DNA of 64,000 nucleotides from an uncultured delta proteobacterium (GTDB taxonomy: Bacteria > Myxococcota_A > Polyangia > Palsa-1104). This document shows positions 62,644-64,000 of this stretch, one piece after another. Location of the stretch: NCBI GenBank assembly GCA_963785725.1, contig CAWAWS010000024.1:128001-192000 (forward strand). Reading direction: 5' to 3'. The notes under the pieces are model-generated. The model made no database searches. It was not told the origin of the DNA and was given only the letters and a program-made list of their open reading frames with translations. The stretch's first letter is position 1; each line of letters opens with the position of its first letter. The position numbers and the translations under genes were made by a program.

Positions 62644-63765
62644 TCACGGCTCGCGCGCGCGCAGCGGCAGCCGTAAGACGAAGCGCGCGCCGCCCGCGCC
62701 GCCGGCCTCGACGGAGATCGTGCCGCCGTGTTGCTGCACGATGGCGTGGACCATCGGCAGACCGAGGCCGGTGCCGCTGTCCTTCGTCGTGAAGAACGGC
62801 TCGAAGATGCGCTCGCGCAGCTCGGGCGCGATTCCCGGGCCGCTGTCCTCGATCGCCAACGAGAGGTCGGCTCCATCGAGGCGGGCATCGAGCCGAACCT
62901 GGCCGCCGCTCGGCGTAGCCTGAATGGCGTTCAAGACGAGGTTCATGAGCGCTTGCTGCAGCCGTGGCTCGTCGACTTCGGCCAGCGGCAGATGCTCGAT
63001 GTTCGCCTCCAAGGTCACCTGCGCCTGCACCGCTTGTGGTCGCAAGAGGTCGACGACGTAGCGGATGGTCGCGCTCAGGTCGGTCGGCTCGCGGACGATC
63101 TCGCGCGGCCGGGCGAACTGCAGGAATTCGTCGAGGAACGCCGCCAGTCGCTTGATCTCGGCCTGCACGATGACGAGCGGCTCGAAGGTGTCGGCCGGCA
63201 GCTCGGGAATCCGCTTGAGCCGGCGCTCCAGTACCATGAGCTGCAGCGCCGCGGCATTGAGCGGGTTCTTGATCTCGTGCGACAGGCCCGCAGCCAGCGT
63301 GCCTACCGCCGCCAGCTTCTCGGCGCGCCGCGCCCGACGGCCGAGCTCGCGCCGCTCTTGCACCAGCCGCACGTGCTCGACCGCCTGCTCGACCGTCAGC
63401 AGCAGATCGTCGGGCGGCGTCGGCTTGACGAGGTAGGCGAACGCGCCGGCTCGCACCGCGGCCGCCGCCGACTGCGTGCTGGCGTGACCGGTCAAGAGGA
63501 TCACCTCCGAGTCGGGCGCGTCGTCCTTGAGCTCGCGCGCCAGCGTGGTGCCGTCGCCGTCGGGCAGGCGCAGATCGACGAGCGCGACGTCGAAGCCCGC
63601 GGCCGCTTGCACGCGCGCCGCGGCGTAGCCATGTGTACGCAGGGCGCGGTAGCCGGCGTCCTCGAGGATCTCGGCCAAATTGTCGACGAGCGCCACGTTG
63701 TCGTCGACGAGCAGAATGACGCCGCGCGGCCGGTCGCCTGTCGCTCCGAAAGATGCGCTGGGCAT
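62644..63765 (-). CDS. Hybrid receiver-histidine kinase
   Basis: REC domain (LVDD, VDLRLPD, KP) followed by HEIKNPL, NAIQA, DSGPGI, PFFTTK, GTGLGL. Confidence 0.92.
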   Translation of the reverse strand: MPSASFGATGDRPRGVILLVDDNVALVDNLAEILEDAGYRALRTHGYAAARVQAAAGFDVALVDLRLPDGDGTTLARELKDDAPDSEVILLTGHASTQSAAAAVRAGAFAYLVKPTPPDDLLLTVEQAVEHVRLVQERRELGRRARRAEKLAAVGTLAAGLSHEIKNPLNAAALQLMVLERRLKRIPELPADTFEPLVIVQAEIKRLAAFLDEFLQFARPREIVREPTDLSATIRYVVDLLRPQAVQAQVTLEANIEHLPLAEVDEPRLQQALMNLVLNAIQATPSGGQVRLDARLDGADLSLAIEDSGPGIAPELRERIFEPFFTTKDSGTGLGLPMVHAIVQQHGGTISVEAGGAGGARFVLRLPLRAREP

Positions 63766-63864
63766 GATGTTGCCGCGTTCACCATACCATCAGCCGCGCC
63801 GCTGCTGCGCCACCGCGGGCTCCGTGTCATCATCTGGCGGCGCGCGCGTGCAGCGGAGGCGGAC

Positions 63865-64000
63865 ATGGCGGGGGAGCGGATTCTGATCGTGGACGACGAA
63901 GCGAACGCGCGAACGGCGTTGGCGGAGCTGCTGCGCGGGGAAGGCTACGTCGTCGAGACGGCGGCGGACGGGTTCAAAGCGCTGCCGAAGCTGGAGGAGC
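63865..64000 (+). CDS. Response regulator N-terminus (probably NtrC-like), partial
   Basis: GGAGG RBS; MAGERILIVDDEANARTALAELLRGEGYVVETAADGFKAL; cut by the window edge. Confidence 0.8.
   Translation, partial: MAGERILIVDDEANARTALAELLRGEGYVVETAADGFKALPKLEE

Overview
High-GC bacterial chromosome segment, most consistent with a Myxococcota genome (CglF-like peptide, atpZIBE split from the F1 genes, V4R-like protein, many Cys-rich lipoproteins); taxonomy is inferred from gene content only. Bases 1-53.8 kb are mostly core genes: rimO, coaX, gyrA, hemL, atpB/atpE, trxB, pepQ, manC/algC, pilD, proBA, rsfS, rlmH, gpmI, comF, smpB, bcp. About nine single-base frameshifts in these genes are most likely assembly errors. 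A tRNA-His at 53806-53882 is the integration site of a ~5.6 kb integrase-less island bounded by a 39-bp direct repeat. The island carries a class I lanthipeptide precursor plus LanC cyclase with no LanB, an IS66 remnant and a DoxX-like membrane protein. Two-component genes follow. Most notable: the orphan LanA/LanC island; a FAM20C-like secreted kinase; two intergenic repeat structures that form GTGA-coupled mini-ORFs bridging neighbouring genes; secreted tail-collar-like proteins with 1+2 domains; a Tat-signal GatC/AtzG-like partner coupled to a signal-less amidase; and a membrane-anchored STAND NTPase-HEAT protein. All family calls come from motif recognition by eye; no database search was run.
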